Of a DNA stretch of 64,000 nucleotides, positions 26,818 to 36,711 are shown piece by piece; the first letter of the stretch is position 1; each line of letters opens with the position of its first letter. A program made the position numbers and the translations under genes. The notes beneath the pieces were generated by a model that was not told the DNA's origin, did not search any database, and worked only from the letters and a program-made list of their open reading frames with translations. The stretch is from an uncultured Actinomycetota bacterium (GTDB lineage: Bacteria > Actinomycetota > Acidimicrobiia > Acidimicrobiales > RAAP-2): positions 349-64,348 of the forward strand of contig CAVUYB010000033.1 of assembly GCA_963745595.1 (NCBI GenBank). The letters are read 5' to 3'.

Positions 26818-27077
26818 CCTGGTACGCCGACTTCACCGGCGGCGTCCGGGCTGACCTGGTCGGGTTGGATGCGACCGTTACGGAAGCTCTCGTCGACACG
26901 CTGGCCGCCTGGTTGGAGCAGGGACCACCCCGAGAGAACAGACGGACGCTCCTCGGTGTCGATATCTACGAAGCCGTCGTCGCCGAGCGGTACCTGCTCG
27001 CCTACACCGTGGACGCCGATCGGGAGCGGTTCGTCCTGTTGTGGCTTCGACACCGGCCAGGCGTGAGGCCGACCTGA
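26814..27077 (+). CDS. RelE/ParE-superfamily-like toxin
   Basis: 87 aa. The C-terminal EAVVAERYLLAYTVDADRERFVLLWLRHR resembles the RelE/ParE core strands. GTGA overlap with the upstream small ORF. Confidence 0.55.
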   Translation: MTWYADFTGGVRADLVGLDATVTEALVDTLAAWLEQGPPRENRRTLLGVDIYEAVVAERYLLAYTVDADRERFVLLWLRHRPGVRPT

Positions 27078-27126
27078 GGGTCCGACCGGTTGGCCCCCAT
27101 CGGCGGCGGCCGTCCGTCTTTCCAGG

Positions 27127-29529
27127 TCAGGCGGTGGTGACCATCTCTGGTGCGGCCCGGCCCGGCCGGGCCGGGCGGGCCCGCCAGGCCCGGGCGGCGA
27201 GCAGGCGCAGGCCGTCGGGGTCGTCGGGGCGGACGACGGCGAGGTGGGCGAACGGCCCCTGCGGTCGGCGGGAGGAGAGGACGGCGTAGACCTGGTCGGC
27301 GACTTCGCGGTCGGTGGCCGCGGCCGCAGTGGGCGGCAGGATGGCAGCGACCTGGGGACCGTGCTCGACGTCGACGCCAGCCTGGTCGGCGACGGCGCGC
27401 AGCGCCCGCTCGAACTCGATCGGGTCGACGGACGGACCGTAGACGACGAGGGACGCGTCGTCGGCGGCGGTGAACGCCTGGCCGTAGGTGGCGAGCAGGG
27501 CGGGGTCGCCGAGCACCTCGTCGGCGTGAGCCAGGACGAGGAAGCGGCTGGTCGGCGTCGGCCGCTGACGGGCGACCTTGGTCGCGACGTACCGCTGGTT
27601 GTCGGCGGACATGGCGGCCGGCGTAGAGGGCCCGTCCCAGATGCCGGCGACGGTGGCCGACGACCGGTGCTCGAAGTGCAACACCTTGCCGGCCCGCAGC
27701 CGGAGCACGCGCTCGCCGATGCGGGCGGCCCGCATGGCGTAGTCGTCGTCGTCGTGCCAGAAGAGGCCGAGGCTCTCGTCGAACCGGCCGATGCGGGCGA
27801 CGGTCTCGGGCCGCAGGAAGAGGCAGAACCCGACGGCGACGTCGCACGGCTGGGGACCGTCGCCGACGACCGGGTGGAGCTCGCGCCCGTCGGGGCCCCA
27901 CGTCACCCGCACGCCGTCCTCACCGGCGATGCCGGCATCGGGATCGGCGTCGAGGGCGGCGACGTACGGCGCCCACCAGTCGGCGAGGACCTCGGTGTCG
28001 TTGTCGAGGAAGACGATCCAGTCCTCGTCGCCGTCGAGGTGGTCGAGGCCGACGTTGCGGCCGCCGGGCACGCCCCGGTTCTCGGGCAACAGGACCGGTC
28101 GGACGCGGTCGTCGTCGAGACCGCGGAGCCAGTCGGCGGTGTCGTCGGTCGACGCGTTGTCGACGACGACGAGCCGGAGCGGGACGGTCGTGTGGTGGAG
28201 GAGGCTGGCGATGCAGCGCTTCGTGTAGCCGAGCGCGTTGTGGGCGAGGACGACGACGCCGAGCTTCGGCGACGGCCGGAGGGCCCGGCGGGAACGGTGT
28301 CCGGTCCCCAGGCCGACGGCCGATCCGAGGCCGCCGACCAACCGGTCGGCTCGCACCTGGGCGAGCAGGTCGAGCTGACGACCGACCGCGGCGGCGGGGT
28401 CGAAGAGCCGGCGGACGCTGGCCGCGCCCCGCCGGCCGACGTCTTCCAAACGCTCCCGGTCGGCCAACTGGTCGGCGGCCATTCGGCCGAAGGTGACGGC
28501 GTCGTCGGTGGCGATGGGGAGCAGCCCGTCGTCGGGCGTCAACCAGTGCCGCAGCCCGCAACGGTCGCCGCAGATCACCGGCACGCCGGCCGCGAGGGCC
28601 TCGGCGGCCGCGGTGTGGAAGTTCTCGAACCGGGAAGGGAGGATCGCGGCGTCGGCCGCGGCGAGGTGGCGGGCGACGCCGTCGAGGTCGAGCTGCTCGA
28701 CGAAGCGGACGCGATCGAACCCGAGCCCGAGATCGTCCATCAGCGGCCGGAGGACGGCCCGCCGGTACGACTGGCCGGATGGTCCGGTCGGCGTGTCCCG
28801 GCCGACGAGGGTGACGCGGGCGTCGACGTTGCGGCGGGCCAGCTCGGCCACGGTGTGCAGAACCAGCTCTGGTCGCTTGTTCGGCTCGAGGCGGCCGACG
28901 AAGACGAGCTCGAGCTCGTGCGGCCCGACGTGGACGCGGGCGGCGAAGCGGGAGCCGTCGAGCGGCGGGGCGAGCACGGCGACCGGCGGCCGCGAGCCGG
29001 CCCGACCGGCCGTCTCGGTGGCGATGAGCTGGGTGGGCGCGACGAGGATGTCGGCCCGGTCGAGCGCGAGGTGCTCCATGTCGGCGGCAGCGGCGAACGC
29101 CGGGTCGCGCCGGCGGTCGCAGCGGTCGGGATGGACGACGGCCCGGGTGGCGTGGAGCTGGACCGCCAGCACGGTGCCGGGCGCGGGCTGGATGGCCATC
29201 GACTCGGCGAAGTAGTCCGGCGCCCAGATCGCGTCGAAGCCGACGGTCGCGTCGAGGGCTTGGTAGAAGTTGGCGACCGTCGCCGCCCACAGGCCCTGCT
29301 CGACCTCGGGGTGGCCGGCCGGCGCGCCGGCCGGCATCGGCAGGCGGTAGACCGCGACGCCGTCCTGTAGGACACGGCGGCCCTGCCCGGTCCGGTCGAG
29401 CGAGATGACGTGGACCGCGACGCCGTGGTCGACGAGGCCGCGGGCGGTCATCTCCGACACCCGGCCGATCCCGCCGTCGGCCGTCTCCGGCGGGTACTCC
29501 CGGCTGACGATGCAGATGCTCCTGATCAT
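27127..29529 (-). CDS. bifunctional glycosyltransferase (N-terminal GT-B/GT4-like domain plus central GT-A/GT2-like domain), 800 aa
   Basis: MIRSICIVSREYPPETADGGIGRVS... with an EX7E-type GT4 core (ILPSRFENFHTAAAEALAAGVPVI), then PKLGVVVLAHNALGYTKRCIASLL...VVVDNASTDDTADWL (GT2). Confidence 0.8.
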   Translation of the reverse strand: MIRSICIVSREYPPETADGGIGRVSEMTARGLVDHGVAVHVISLDRTGQGRRVLQDGVAVYRLPMPAGAPAGHPEVEQGLWAATVANFYQALDATVGFDAIWAPDYFAESMAIQPAPGTVLAVQLHATRAVVHPDRCDRRRDPAFAAAADMEHLALDRADILVAPTQLIATETAGRAGSRPPVAVLAPPLDGSRFAARVHVGPHELELVFVGRLEPNKRPELVLHTVAELARRNVDARVTLVGRDTPTGPSGQSYRRAVLRPLMDDLGLGFDRVRFVEQLDLDGVARHLAAADAAILPSRFENFHTAAAEALAAGVPVICGDRCGLRHWLTPDDGLLPIATDDAVTFGRMAADQLADRERLEDVGRRGAASVRRLFDPAAAVGRQLDLLAQVRADRLVGGLGSAVGLGTGHRSRRALRPSPKLGVVVLAHNALGYTKRCIASLLHHTTVPLRLVVVDNASTDDTADWLRGLDDDRVRPVLLPENRGVPGGRNVGLDHLDGDEDWIVFLDNDTEVLADWWAPYVAALDADPDAGIAGEDGVRVTWGPDGRELHPVVGDGPQPCDVAVGFCLFLRPETVARIGRFDESLGLFWHDDDDYAMRAARIGERVLRLRAGKVLHFEHRSSATVAGIWDGPSTPAAMSADNQRYVATKVARQRPTPTSRFLVLAHADEVLGDPALLATYGQAFTAADDASLVVYGPSVDPIEFERALRAVADQAGVDVEHGPQVAAILPPTAAAATDREVADQVYAVLSSRRPQGPFAHLAVVRPDDPDGLRLLAARAWRARPARPGRAAPEMVTTA

Positions 29530-29545
29530 GCTGTTCTCCCGACGG

Positions 29546-30397
29546 TCATGCTGGCCTCCCGACGATCACGACGTTGTCCTCGTGCGGGCAGTACAGGTCG
29601 GCAATGCGGAACCCGGCCTGCCGCACCAGCCGGGCCAGGTTCTCCTCGCTGAAGAGGTGGACGTGCTCGAGTGGGCTCATGCACTCCCAGTCGTCGCCGT
29701 CGACGACGTAGGTGAGGGCGTCGGTCGTCGGCGTCTCGGCCACCAGCAGGCCGCCGTCGGCCAGCACCCGCCGGCACGCTTCGAGCACGGCGAGCGGCTC
29801 GAAGAGGTGCTCGACGACGTCGTGGAGGAGGACGACGTCGAAGCTGCCGGCCGCCAGTCCGAGATCGCGGATGTCGCCGCAGTACAGCTCGATGCCGTGC
29901 GCCTCCTTGGCCGCCGCGCAGATGTCGGCCGACGGCTCGACGCCCTGGGCGGCGAACCCGAGGTCGCGGGCCGCTCGCACGGTGCCGCCGTTCGACGCGC
30001 CGACGTCGAGGAGCCGGCCGGCCGACGCGAACGGCAGCACGTCGCGCTGCAGCTTGCCGAAGCCGTTGCGGTAGTCGTACTCCGTCCGTTCGGCGAGCGT
30101 CGGCGAGCCGATGCCGAGGCAGTAGTCGGTCCAGTACGCCTGCCCGTAGAGGTCGGCGACGGCCGCCTCGGGGAGGCGCGGACTGACGAAGAGGTGGCCG
30201 CACTCGTCGCACGTCCGCAGGTCGATGCCGTCGACCGTCGTGGCGTGGGACGTCGCGGCCGCCGGCCCGCACAGGACGCAGGGGACGTCGTCCCATCGAT
30301 ACTGCGCCCGGAGGCGATCGATGACGTCGTCGCGGCGCTGGCGGTGCTGCTCGGCCAGCTCGGGGACGTGGAACCGGGTGGGCATGACGTCGGCCAT
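29546..30397 (-). CDS. class I SAM-dependent methyltransferase
   Basis: ATG 30397 (residue 77 of ORF 29546..30625). Motif I is LLDVGASNGG, followed by FDVVLLHDVVEHLFEP. N-terminal CxxC...CxxC zinc-ribbon-like segment. The upstream ORF part is Arg/Pro-rich junk. Confidence 0.8.
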   Translation of the reverse strand: MADVMPTRFHVPELAEQHRQRRDDVIDRLRAQYRWDDVPCVLCGPAAATSHATTVDGIDLRTCDECGHLFVSPRLPEAAVADLYGQAYWTDYCLGIGSPTLAERTEYDYRNGFGKLQRDVLPFASAGRLLDVGASNGGTVRAARDLGFAAQGVEPSADICAAAKEAHGIELYCGDIRDLGLAAGSFDVVLLHDVVEHLFEPLAVLEACRRVLADGGLLVAETPTTDALTYVVDGDDWECMSPLEHVHLFSEENLARLVRQAGFRIADLYCPHEDNVVIVGRPA

Positions 30398-30402
30398 CGT
30401 GG

Positions 30403-31837
30403 TCACCTTCCGAGTGCGGGGACGCGGGCGGGCGGTCGTCGGGTGCGGCCGAGCCGGTCGTCGATCTCGGCCAGCCGGCGCCGGATCGTCGAACCGGTGA
30501 CCGCGGGGCCGTGGGTACGGCGGATGTCGCGCTGGGCGAGCCGGCCGCGGGCGGCGGCCTCGTCGGGGTACGTCCAGACGCGACGCAGCAGGCGGACCGC
30601 GTCGTCGTGCCGCGGCTCGGCCCACGTCGCGCCGGCCGGGTAGACGTGCTCCAGGCCGGTCGGTACCCGACCGGGATCGAACGGGACGAGGAAGCTGTTG
30701 TCGGCGGTCATGAAGTCGAGATTGCCGGAGTACCCGGTGGCGACGACCGGCCGGCCCCAGGCCATCGCCTCGGCCGGCGTGAGCCCGAACCCCTCGGCCC
30801 GGTGGAGCGAGACGGTGCAGTCGGCGTGACCGACGAGGTCGGCGATCTCGTCGTCGGTGAGGTAGCCGTCGAGCAGGACGACGTCGCGACGGCCGCCGAC
30901 CGCGTCCTGCAGGTCCCGCCAGCCGGCCGGGTCCCAGGCGGCGTTCAAGACCTTCAGGACGAGGACCGGGCCCTCACCCGGCGTGAAGGCATCGCAGAAG
31001 GCCCGGACCGTGCCGAGGCCGTTCTTACGGACGGCCACCGAACCGAAGTCGAACATGGTGAGGAACGTGAACGCGTCCGGCAGGCCGAGCTCGCGGCGGG
31101 AGCGGCCGGGACGCCCGGTGCGGTGGGGGACGGGCAGGGGGACGGTGACGACCGGCTTGTCCGTCCGGCGGGCCAGCGCGTCGCGGATGAACGCGCTCGG
31201 CGCCCACAGCTCGTGGACGTACGCGAACGCGGGGACGTGGCGGGTCGGGAGCTCCTCGAGCTCCCAGAACCAGATGCCGACGGTGTGGCGACCGAGCCAC
31301 AGCTCCGCGCCGGCCATCGTCGCGAACGGCGGGAGCAGGTCGGCGTTGAGGACGAGCAGGTTCGTGTCGTACGTCAGCCGGTCGGCCGGCGCGGGCGCGT
31401 CGGCGACGACCGGCGACCCGTGGCGCCGGTAGCGCGAAGGCGGCCGTCTCGATCCCCGCGCCGTCGGCCGCGGCCAGGTAGCGCCGTCCGGCGTCGCCGA
31501 CGCCGCAGGCCGCGTCGAGCAGGCCGACGACGTTGAGCCCCCGCCGCACCGACCGCGGCAGGTACGGCGGCGTCCAGTCGAGCGGGTCGGATCGGACGAT
31601 CGGCGACCACGATCCAGGTGCCCCGACCCGGTCGACGCGGCAACCGGGCATGCCGGCGCACCGCCAGCCGGCCGCGGCGAGGGCGGCATACGTCGCCGGC
31701 GGGACGAGGTGCCCGTCACCGTGGTGGCTTCTCTGCCGGGCGTCCCCGTCGGTGCTCTCGCCCCGGTCGAGGGCGTCGTCACCGGCCAGCGCCCGGGGCC
31801 CGCCGACCGAGTCGAGGGCCAGCCGGCGGACGGCCAT
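30403..31837 (-). pseudogene. GT-B (GT4-like) glycosyltransferase, frameshifted near 31440 as assembled
   Basis: N-part in ORF 31025..31837 (GLNVVGLLDAACGVGDAGRRYLAAADGAGIETAAF). The remainder is in the ORF 30403..32658 frame (RYRRHGSPVVAD...LNADLLPP...VSLHRAEGFGLTPAEAMAWGRPVVATGYSGNLDF). Confidence 0.7.
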
Positions 31838-32267
31838 GACCGGCGGCCCTGACTCCGGCGGCCTGACTCCGGCGGCCTGGCATCGATGGTGCTGCGACCT
31901 CCGGCACGACGACGCCGATGCCGGGATCGTCGGCGAACGGGGCGACGGCCGCGTCGAGCCAGCCGTCCGGTAGCGCCGCCCGGGGGTCGACGAGCACGAG
32001 CAACCGCCCGGCGGCCAGGTCGGCCCCGGTGGCGAGGGCCTCGCCGGGTCCGGTGGCGAGCAGCCGGTGGACGATGCGGACCGGGCCGGTCAACCGGGTC
32101 AGCTCGGCCCGGACCGCCGACGTCGTGCCGTCGTCGACGACGACCAGCTCCGCGTCGGGCCGGGCCGCCACCGCCCGGGCCAGCCCGGCCAGGGCCGGCG
32201 GCGGAGCCGGCGTCGGCGGACCGACCGCCACGACCACCGAGACCGACGGGTGTTCGTCCGTCATACC
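31779..32267 (-). CDS. short GT2-like (GT-A N-terminal half) protein
   Basis: ATG 32267 (residue 107 of ORF 31779..32585). SVSVVVAVGPPT...AELVVVDDGTTS...LLVLVDPRAALPDGWL. Only about 160 aa, so it may be incomplete. The 3' end overlaps the next gene. Confidence 0.4.
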   Translation of the reverse strand, partial: GMTDEHPSVSVVVAVGPPTPAPPPALAGLARAVAARPDAELVVVDDGTTSAVRAELTRLTGPVRIVHRLLATGPGEALATGADLAAGRLLVLVDPRAALPDGWLDAAVAPFADDPGIGVVVPEVAAPSMPGRRSQAAGVRAAGHGRPPAGPRLGRRAPGAGR

Positions 32268-34066
32268 AGCACCTCCTCTTGCCGCATCGACTCGCTCGAC
32301 GCCCCGTCCCGGGGCGCCCCGACGAGGCCGGCCAGGCGATCGGCGACGACGGCGGCCGTCCGTTCCCACGTGAACCCGGCCACGATCCGCTCCCGCCCGG
32401 CCGCCCCGCGCCGCTGCCGCTCGTCGGGGTCGGCGACGACCTGGCGGAGGGCGGCGACCAGCCCGAGACGGCTCGTCTCCGACCACCAGGAGCCGCCGGC
32501 CGTCGGCGTCCACTCGGCCGGCGCGATCCGGACGCGGCGGGCCGGCACGAGCCAGCCGGCGCGGTCGTCGCAGAAGTCGAGGCACGGACCGTCGTCGGGC
32601 ACGACGACCGGCAACCCGGAGGCCATCGCCTCGGCGATCGGCAGCCCGAACCCTTCACCGCGGTACGGGTGGACGAGCGCGTCGCAGCTCCGGAAGAGAT
32701 CGGCCATCTCGGCGCCGGTCAGGTCGCCGTCGACCACCTCGACCGCGGCGCCGCTCCCGGCCGCGGCTCGGCGGACGTCGGCTTCGAGCGTCGACGTCCG
32801 GTAGACGCTGTCCGAGCCGAACGGCTTGACGACGAGGCAGACGTCGTCGGCCGCGCCGAACGCGCCGAGGTAGGCCTCGAGCAGGATGTCGATGCCCTTG
32901 CGCTCGATGCAGCCGCCGACGAAGAGGAGCCGCGTCCGCTTCGTCGTCCGCAGCGCGAACCGCGGGCCGTCGGGCCGGAACCGGTCGACGTCGACCCCGT
33001 ACGGGACGACGTGGACCCGGTCGGCCGGCACGCCGCTGGCCACCGCGCAGTCGCGACCCCACGTCGTCGGCACCCACAGCTCGTCGACGACGTCGCGGAC
33101 CGGGCCGACCCACTCGGCCGGCAGCTCGCCGAACTCCCACGGCTGCATCAGGACGAGGCGGCCGCTCGCCGGCGGCGAGAGGTCCGGCGGCCACTGATGG
33201 CGGACCTCGACCGCGGCGGCCGACTGCGGCCTCGTCGCAGCCGGACCGGTGGTCGAGCGCACGGTGACACCGCCGAGCTCGTCGACCGTGTCGACCGGGT
33301 ACGGCGGTCGTTCGCCGGTGCAGGCGACGACGTCGAGCGCCGTCCCGTCGGCGGCCAGGCGGCGGACGATCTCGCGGTTGGCATGGGCCAGGCTGTGGTG
33401 GGCGAAGACGTCGCCGACCCAGCGGACCGTCGGGCGACCGTCGGGCGAGCCGTCGTCGGACCGGGGACGGTGCCACGGCGCCGGCAGCCCGGCCAGCGGG
33501 TCGGTGGCGTGGTTCGCCGGCCCCCCGTCCTCCGTCGACCGGCTGCTGTCCGGCCCGGTCGCGACCCGCGGGGCCATGCGGGACCAGAGCTCGTCCAGCT
33601 CGACCAGGCCGGCGACCGCCCGGGCCAGTCGGTCGGCGTCGTCGGGGTCGTCCGGCACGAGCAGCGCCGGCGTGCCGGAGACGGCGGCGGCCGACAGCCA
33701 GTGTTCGGCGCCCGCGGTGACCGCGACGACGACGGCCCGGGCCGTCCGGAGCCACGGCGTCGGATCGGCGACCGGTCCGGCCGGCAAGGCCAGCGGTAGG
33801 GCGTCGGCCATCCGGCGCCCGGGGTCGTCGCCGACGACGGCGATCGGCGTCGTTCCCAGCGCGGTCGCCAGCGCCGGCGCGGTCACCCGCTCCCAGCGTT
33901 CGCGTTCGGCCGGCGTCACCCGCCGGAAGTCGCCGACGACGCAGACGCCGGTACGGACGCCGAGCGGGACGACCGGCCCGGCCGGGAACAGCGACGGGGC
34001 GGACGCGATGGCCGGCGTCACCCGCCCGTTCCCATTGGCCGACCCGGTGGTGATGGCCCTCAACAC
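32261..34066 (-). CDS. GT-B (GT4-like) glycosyltransferase, 601 aa
   Basis: C-terminal LLFVGGCIERKGIDILLEAY...ALVHPYRGEGFGLPIAEAMASGLPVVVPDDGPCLDF. Confidence 0.75.
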   Translation of the reverse strand: MLRAITTGSANGNGRVTPAIASAPSLFPAGPVVPLGVRTGVCVVGDFRRVTPAERERWERVTAPALATALGTTPIAVVGDDPGRRMADALPLALPAGPVADPTPWLRTARAVVVAVTAGAEHWLSAAAVSGTPALLVPDDPDDADRLARAVAGLVELDELWSRMAPRVATGPDSSRSTEDGGPANHATDPLAGLPAPWHRPRSDDGSPDGRPTVRWVGDVFAHHSLAHANREIVRRLAADGTALDVVACTGERPPYPVDTVDELGGVTVRSTTGPAATRPQSAAAVEVRHQWPPDLSPPASGRLVLMQPWEFGELPAEWVGPVRDVVDELWVPTTWGRDCAVASGVPADRVHVVPYGVDVDRFRPDGPRFALRTTKRTRLLFVGGCIERKGIDILLEAYLGAFGAADDVCLVVKPFGSDSVYRTSTLEADVRRAAAGSGAAVEVVDGDLTGAEMADLFRSCDALVHPYRGEGFGLPIAEAMASGLPVVVPDDGPCLDFCDDRAGWLVPARRVRIAPAEWTPTAGGSWWSETSRLGLVAALRQVVADPDERQRRGAAGRERIVAGFTWERTAAVVADRLAGLVGAPRDGASSESMRQEEVLV

Positions 34067-36711
34067 CAGGTCGGCCAGTGGCCGGCCGTCCCGTCCGGAT
34101 CGCCGTCATCGACGTCGACGACGAGGTGGGCGGCGGGGAGGAGGCGGCGGACGTCGGGCGCGGCGGCGGTCGCCGCAGCGGCGAGCACGACCGTGTCGAA
34201 CCGGTGCTCGGCACAGAGCCGGGCCAGCCGGGCCGCGGCTGGACGCCACCAGCCGTCGGCGGCTGCGCCGACGGCGTCGCGGCCGCCGTCTCGTCGTCCG
34301 TCCAGCCGTGCACGACGATGCCGTCCGGCGCGAGGAGCTCCTCGGTCTGGGCTGCCGGTTGCGGGTGGACGACGGTCACCTGGTGCCCCGACCGGCGGAG
34401 GAGATGGGCGACGGCCAGCGTCCGGATGTTCGACACCTGGCGGTCGACGACCAGCACCCGCCGGCCACCGGCGCCGGTCGCCTCGGGTGTCGCGGGCTCG
34501 GCTGGTCGGCACCGCCGCCGCCTCGACGCTCGCCGGCACCGGCGCGAGGACGTCGAGGACCGGCAGCAGCGCCGGCGCGATGGCACCGACGTCGGCGCGG
34601 AGCTGGGCCCGTTGCGCCGACGGCAGGGAGACGACGTTGGCGCCGAACGCCTGGAAACCGCGCCGGTCGGCGAACGAACCGACGGCGACGGCCGCGGCCA
34701 GCAGCCGCTCACGAGGGGGGCGGGACCGGTCGATCGTCGCGCCGACGAGCGGGCACGGGCCGGGTAGGCCCTCGGCCCGGAGCCGCGCTGACCAGACGAG
34801 CTGACGCTCGATCGGCAGCCCGGCGACCACCGATGCCGCCGTGGCCAGGACGACCCGCTGACCCCCGACGACCTCGTACCACGCGTCGAGCGCCCGGTCG
34901 GCCGCGTCGGCCCGGATCTGCACGAGCTGGGGACAGAACGCGGCCAACCGGTCGGCCGGCACGGCGGCGACCATCTCCGACAGCGGGCGGCCCGACCGTT
35001 CGAGGCTGTCGATCAGCAGCCCGACGTGAGCATCCATCCCGCCCTGGGCCCGGAGCGAGTCGAGCAGGGTGTCGGCCGCCGCGCCGTGGCGACCGAGCCC
35101 AGCCAAGGCCTGGGCCCGTCCGGCGGCGACGAAGTGCGGGTCGTACTCGAACCCGTCGTCGTCGAGCCCGCCGACTACCCGGTCGAACGCGGCGAGGGCG
35201 CCGTCGAACTGCTCCAGCGCCAGCCGGGCGTGGCCTTCGAGCGCATCGGCCAGGGTAGGGACGGCCGTCACGCGGCGCAGCCGGTCGATCTCGACCAGCG
35301 CCTCGTCCGGCCGGTCGAGGGCGAGTAGGCCTTCGACGACCGCCCGCAGCGCCAATCGGACGGTCGCCGGCTTGGCGCCGTCGGTGACCGCGGCCAGCCG
35401 GCAGAGATCGATCCCCTCCTCGTGATGGTGGGCGAGCAGGTGCGATCGGCCAAGGCTGAGCAGGCCGGTGGCCTGGTCGAGGTCGGAGTCGCCGGCCAGG
35501 TCGGCGAAGGCGCTGCGGACGTTCCGGTTCCCCTTGGCCCGCCCGGTGACCGCCGACTGTAGGTAGCCCCAGTGGGTGATCCGGGCGCCGTCGAGGATCG
35601 ACAGCGCCAGCTCGATCGTGCCGGCCCGGGCGCCGACCTGCTCGTGGAGCCGGCCGATCCAATGCCCGCAGGCCCGCCGGAAGAGCCGGCAGGCCGGGTG
35701 CGTCATCGTCGTCGACGCCTCCGTGCCGCGCAGGTTGTCGATGTGGACGAGGTACCCCTCGATGTCGGAAGAGGCGGCCGCCAGCTGGGCCCGCAGCCCG
35801 GTCGGGTCCGGGCAGGCCAGTGCCTCGTCGGCGTCCAGCCAGAGGATCCACTGGCCGCGACAGTGGTCGAGCGCCTCGTTGCGGGCTCGGGCGAAGTCGT
35901 CGTCCCAGTACCCCTCGACGACGACCGCGCCGGTCGCCCGGGCAATCTCGACCGTGTCGTCGACCGAACCGGTGTCGTAGACGACGACCTCATCGGCGAT
36001 CGTCCCGAGCGACGCCAGGCAGCGGGGGAGGTTCTCGTGCTCGTCGCGCACGATGAGGCAAGCCGACACGAACGGCGTCCCGCCGCTGTTCTCTCGGGGC
36101 GGGTTTCCCCCGCCGTGGTGCAGGTACGAGCTCTCGGCGACGACGAGCCGGCCGTCCCGGCCAGCTCGTTCGGCCAGCGCGGCGACCGGGTCGGGTCCGG
36201 CGAGCGCCCGCGCCATCCCGCCGGCGCCGTCGACGAGCGATCGCCGGACGGCCAACGACGGCCCCGACAGCCGGGATGCCGGGGTCACCACCCCGGCCCG
36301 GCCGGCGACCAGCCGGCGGGCGAACGACCGGTGGACGTCCGGCTCGTACGGCCGGTACGGGACGCCGACGAGCAGCTCGTCCCCGTCCGCGATGTTCGTC
36401 CGGGCGGCGGCGGCGGCGACGTCGGGGTCGCCGAGGGCGCCGACGAGCCCGTCGGTCCAGCCGGTCGTCGGCACGGTGCGCTCGTCGACGACGACGACGA
36501 TCTCGTGGGTCGGCGGCCGGACCGCCGGCCGGCTCAGTCGTCGCGGACCGCGCACCCGCCAGCTGCCGGGGTCGGCGGGGGACCGGCCGGGGCCGACGAG
36601 CACGACGTCGTCCGGTGCGGCCAGCGTCTCGCCGAGGACGTCGAGGAAGGCCCGGGTCGCTCGGCGGTCGGTGCCGGCCAGGACGGCGATGGTGACCGGT
36701 CGGCGTGGCAT
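34060..36711 (-). CDS. multidomain glycosyltransferase (GT2-like, GT2, TPR/helical-repeat region, C-terminal Rossmann-like segment); internal segment about 34280-34498 reads in another frame
   Basis: SACLIVRDEHENLPRCLASLGTIADEVVVYDTGSVDDTVEIA...WDDDFARARNEAL...WLDADEAL (GT2), then helical repeats. Between about 34498 and 34280, GC3 and sense move to the frame of ORF 32655..34712 (RRVLVVDRQVSNIRTLAVAHLLRRSGHQVTVVHP) and then return. Confidence 0.7.
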   Translation of the reverse strand: MPRRPVTIAVLAGTDRRATRAFLDVLGETLAAPDDVVLVGPGRSPADPGSWRVRGPRRLSRPAVRPPTHEIVVVVDERTVPTTGWTDGLVGALGDPDVAAAAARTNIADGDELLVGVPYRPYEPDVHRSFARRLVAGRAGVVTPASRLSGPSLAVRRSLVDGAGGMARALAGPDPVAALAERAGRDGRLVVAESSYLHHGGGNPPRENSGGTPFVSACLIVRDEHENLPRCLASLGTIADEVVVYDTGSVDDTVEIARATGAVVVEGYWDDDFARARNEALDHCRGQWILWLDADEALACPDPTGLRAQLAAASSDIEGYLVHIDNLRGTEASTTMTHPACRLFRRACGHWIGRLHEQVGARAGTIELALSILDGARITHWGYLQSAVTGRAKGNRNVRSAFADLAGDSDLDQATGLLSLGRSHLLAHHHEEGIDLCRLAAVTDGAKPATVRLALRAVVEGLLALDRPDEALVEIDRLRRVTAVPTLADALEGHARLALEQFDGALAAFDRVVGGLDDDGFEYDPHFVAAGRAQALAGLGRHGAAADTLLDSLRAQGGMDAHVGLLIDSLERSGRPLSEMVAAVPADRLAAFCPQLVQIRADAADRALDAWYEVVGGQRVVLATAASVVAGLPIERQLVWSARLRAEGLPGPCPLVGATIDRSRPPRERLLAAAVAVGSFADRRGFQAFGANVVSLPSAQRAQLRADVGAIAPALLPVLDVLAPVPASVEAAAVPTSRARDTRGDRRRWPAGAGRRPPGVEHPDAGRRPSPPPVGAPGDRRPPATGSPDRGAPRAGRHRRARLDGRRDGGRDAVGAAADGWWRPAAARLARLCAEHRFDTVVLAAAATAAAPDVRRLLPAAHLVVDVDDGDPDGTAGHWPTWC

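Noticed and set aside
27244-29370. 708-aa plus-strand ORF, with further ORFs of 456 aa, 211 aa and 240 aa, inside the 800-aa glycosyltransferase gene
   Set aside because: These are antisense or off-frame shadows. Only the 27127..29529 minus frame shows GT4 and GT2 motifs.
30403-32658. 751-aa ORF taken as a single gene
   Set aside because: Only its C-terminal approximately 345 aa (GT4-like core) make sense. The N-terminal approximately 400 aa are Arg/Pro-rich and overlap better-supported frames (31025..31837, 31779..32267). It is treated as part of a frameshifted glycosyltransferase.
31886-35258. Plus-strand ORFs 31886..33799 (637 aa) and 33249..35258 (669 aa)
   Set aside because: Antisense to the glycosyltransferase operon, with Arg/Pro-rich junk translations.
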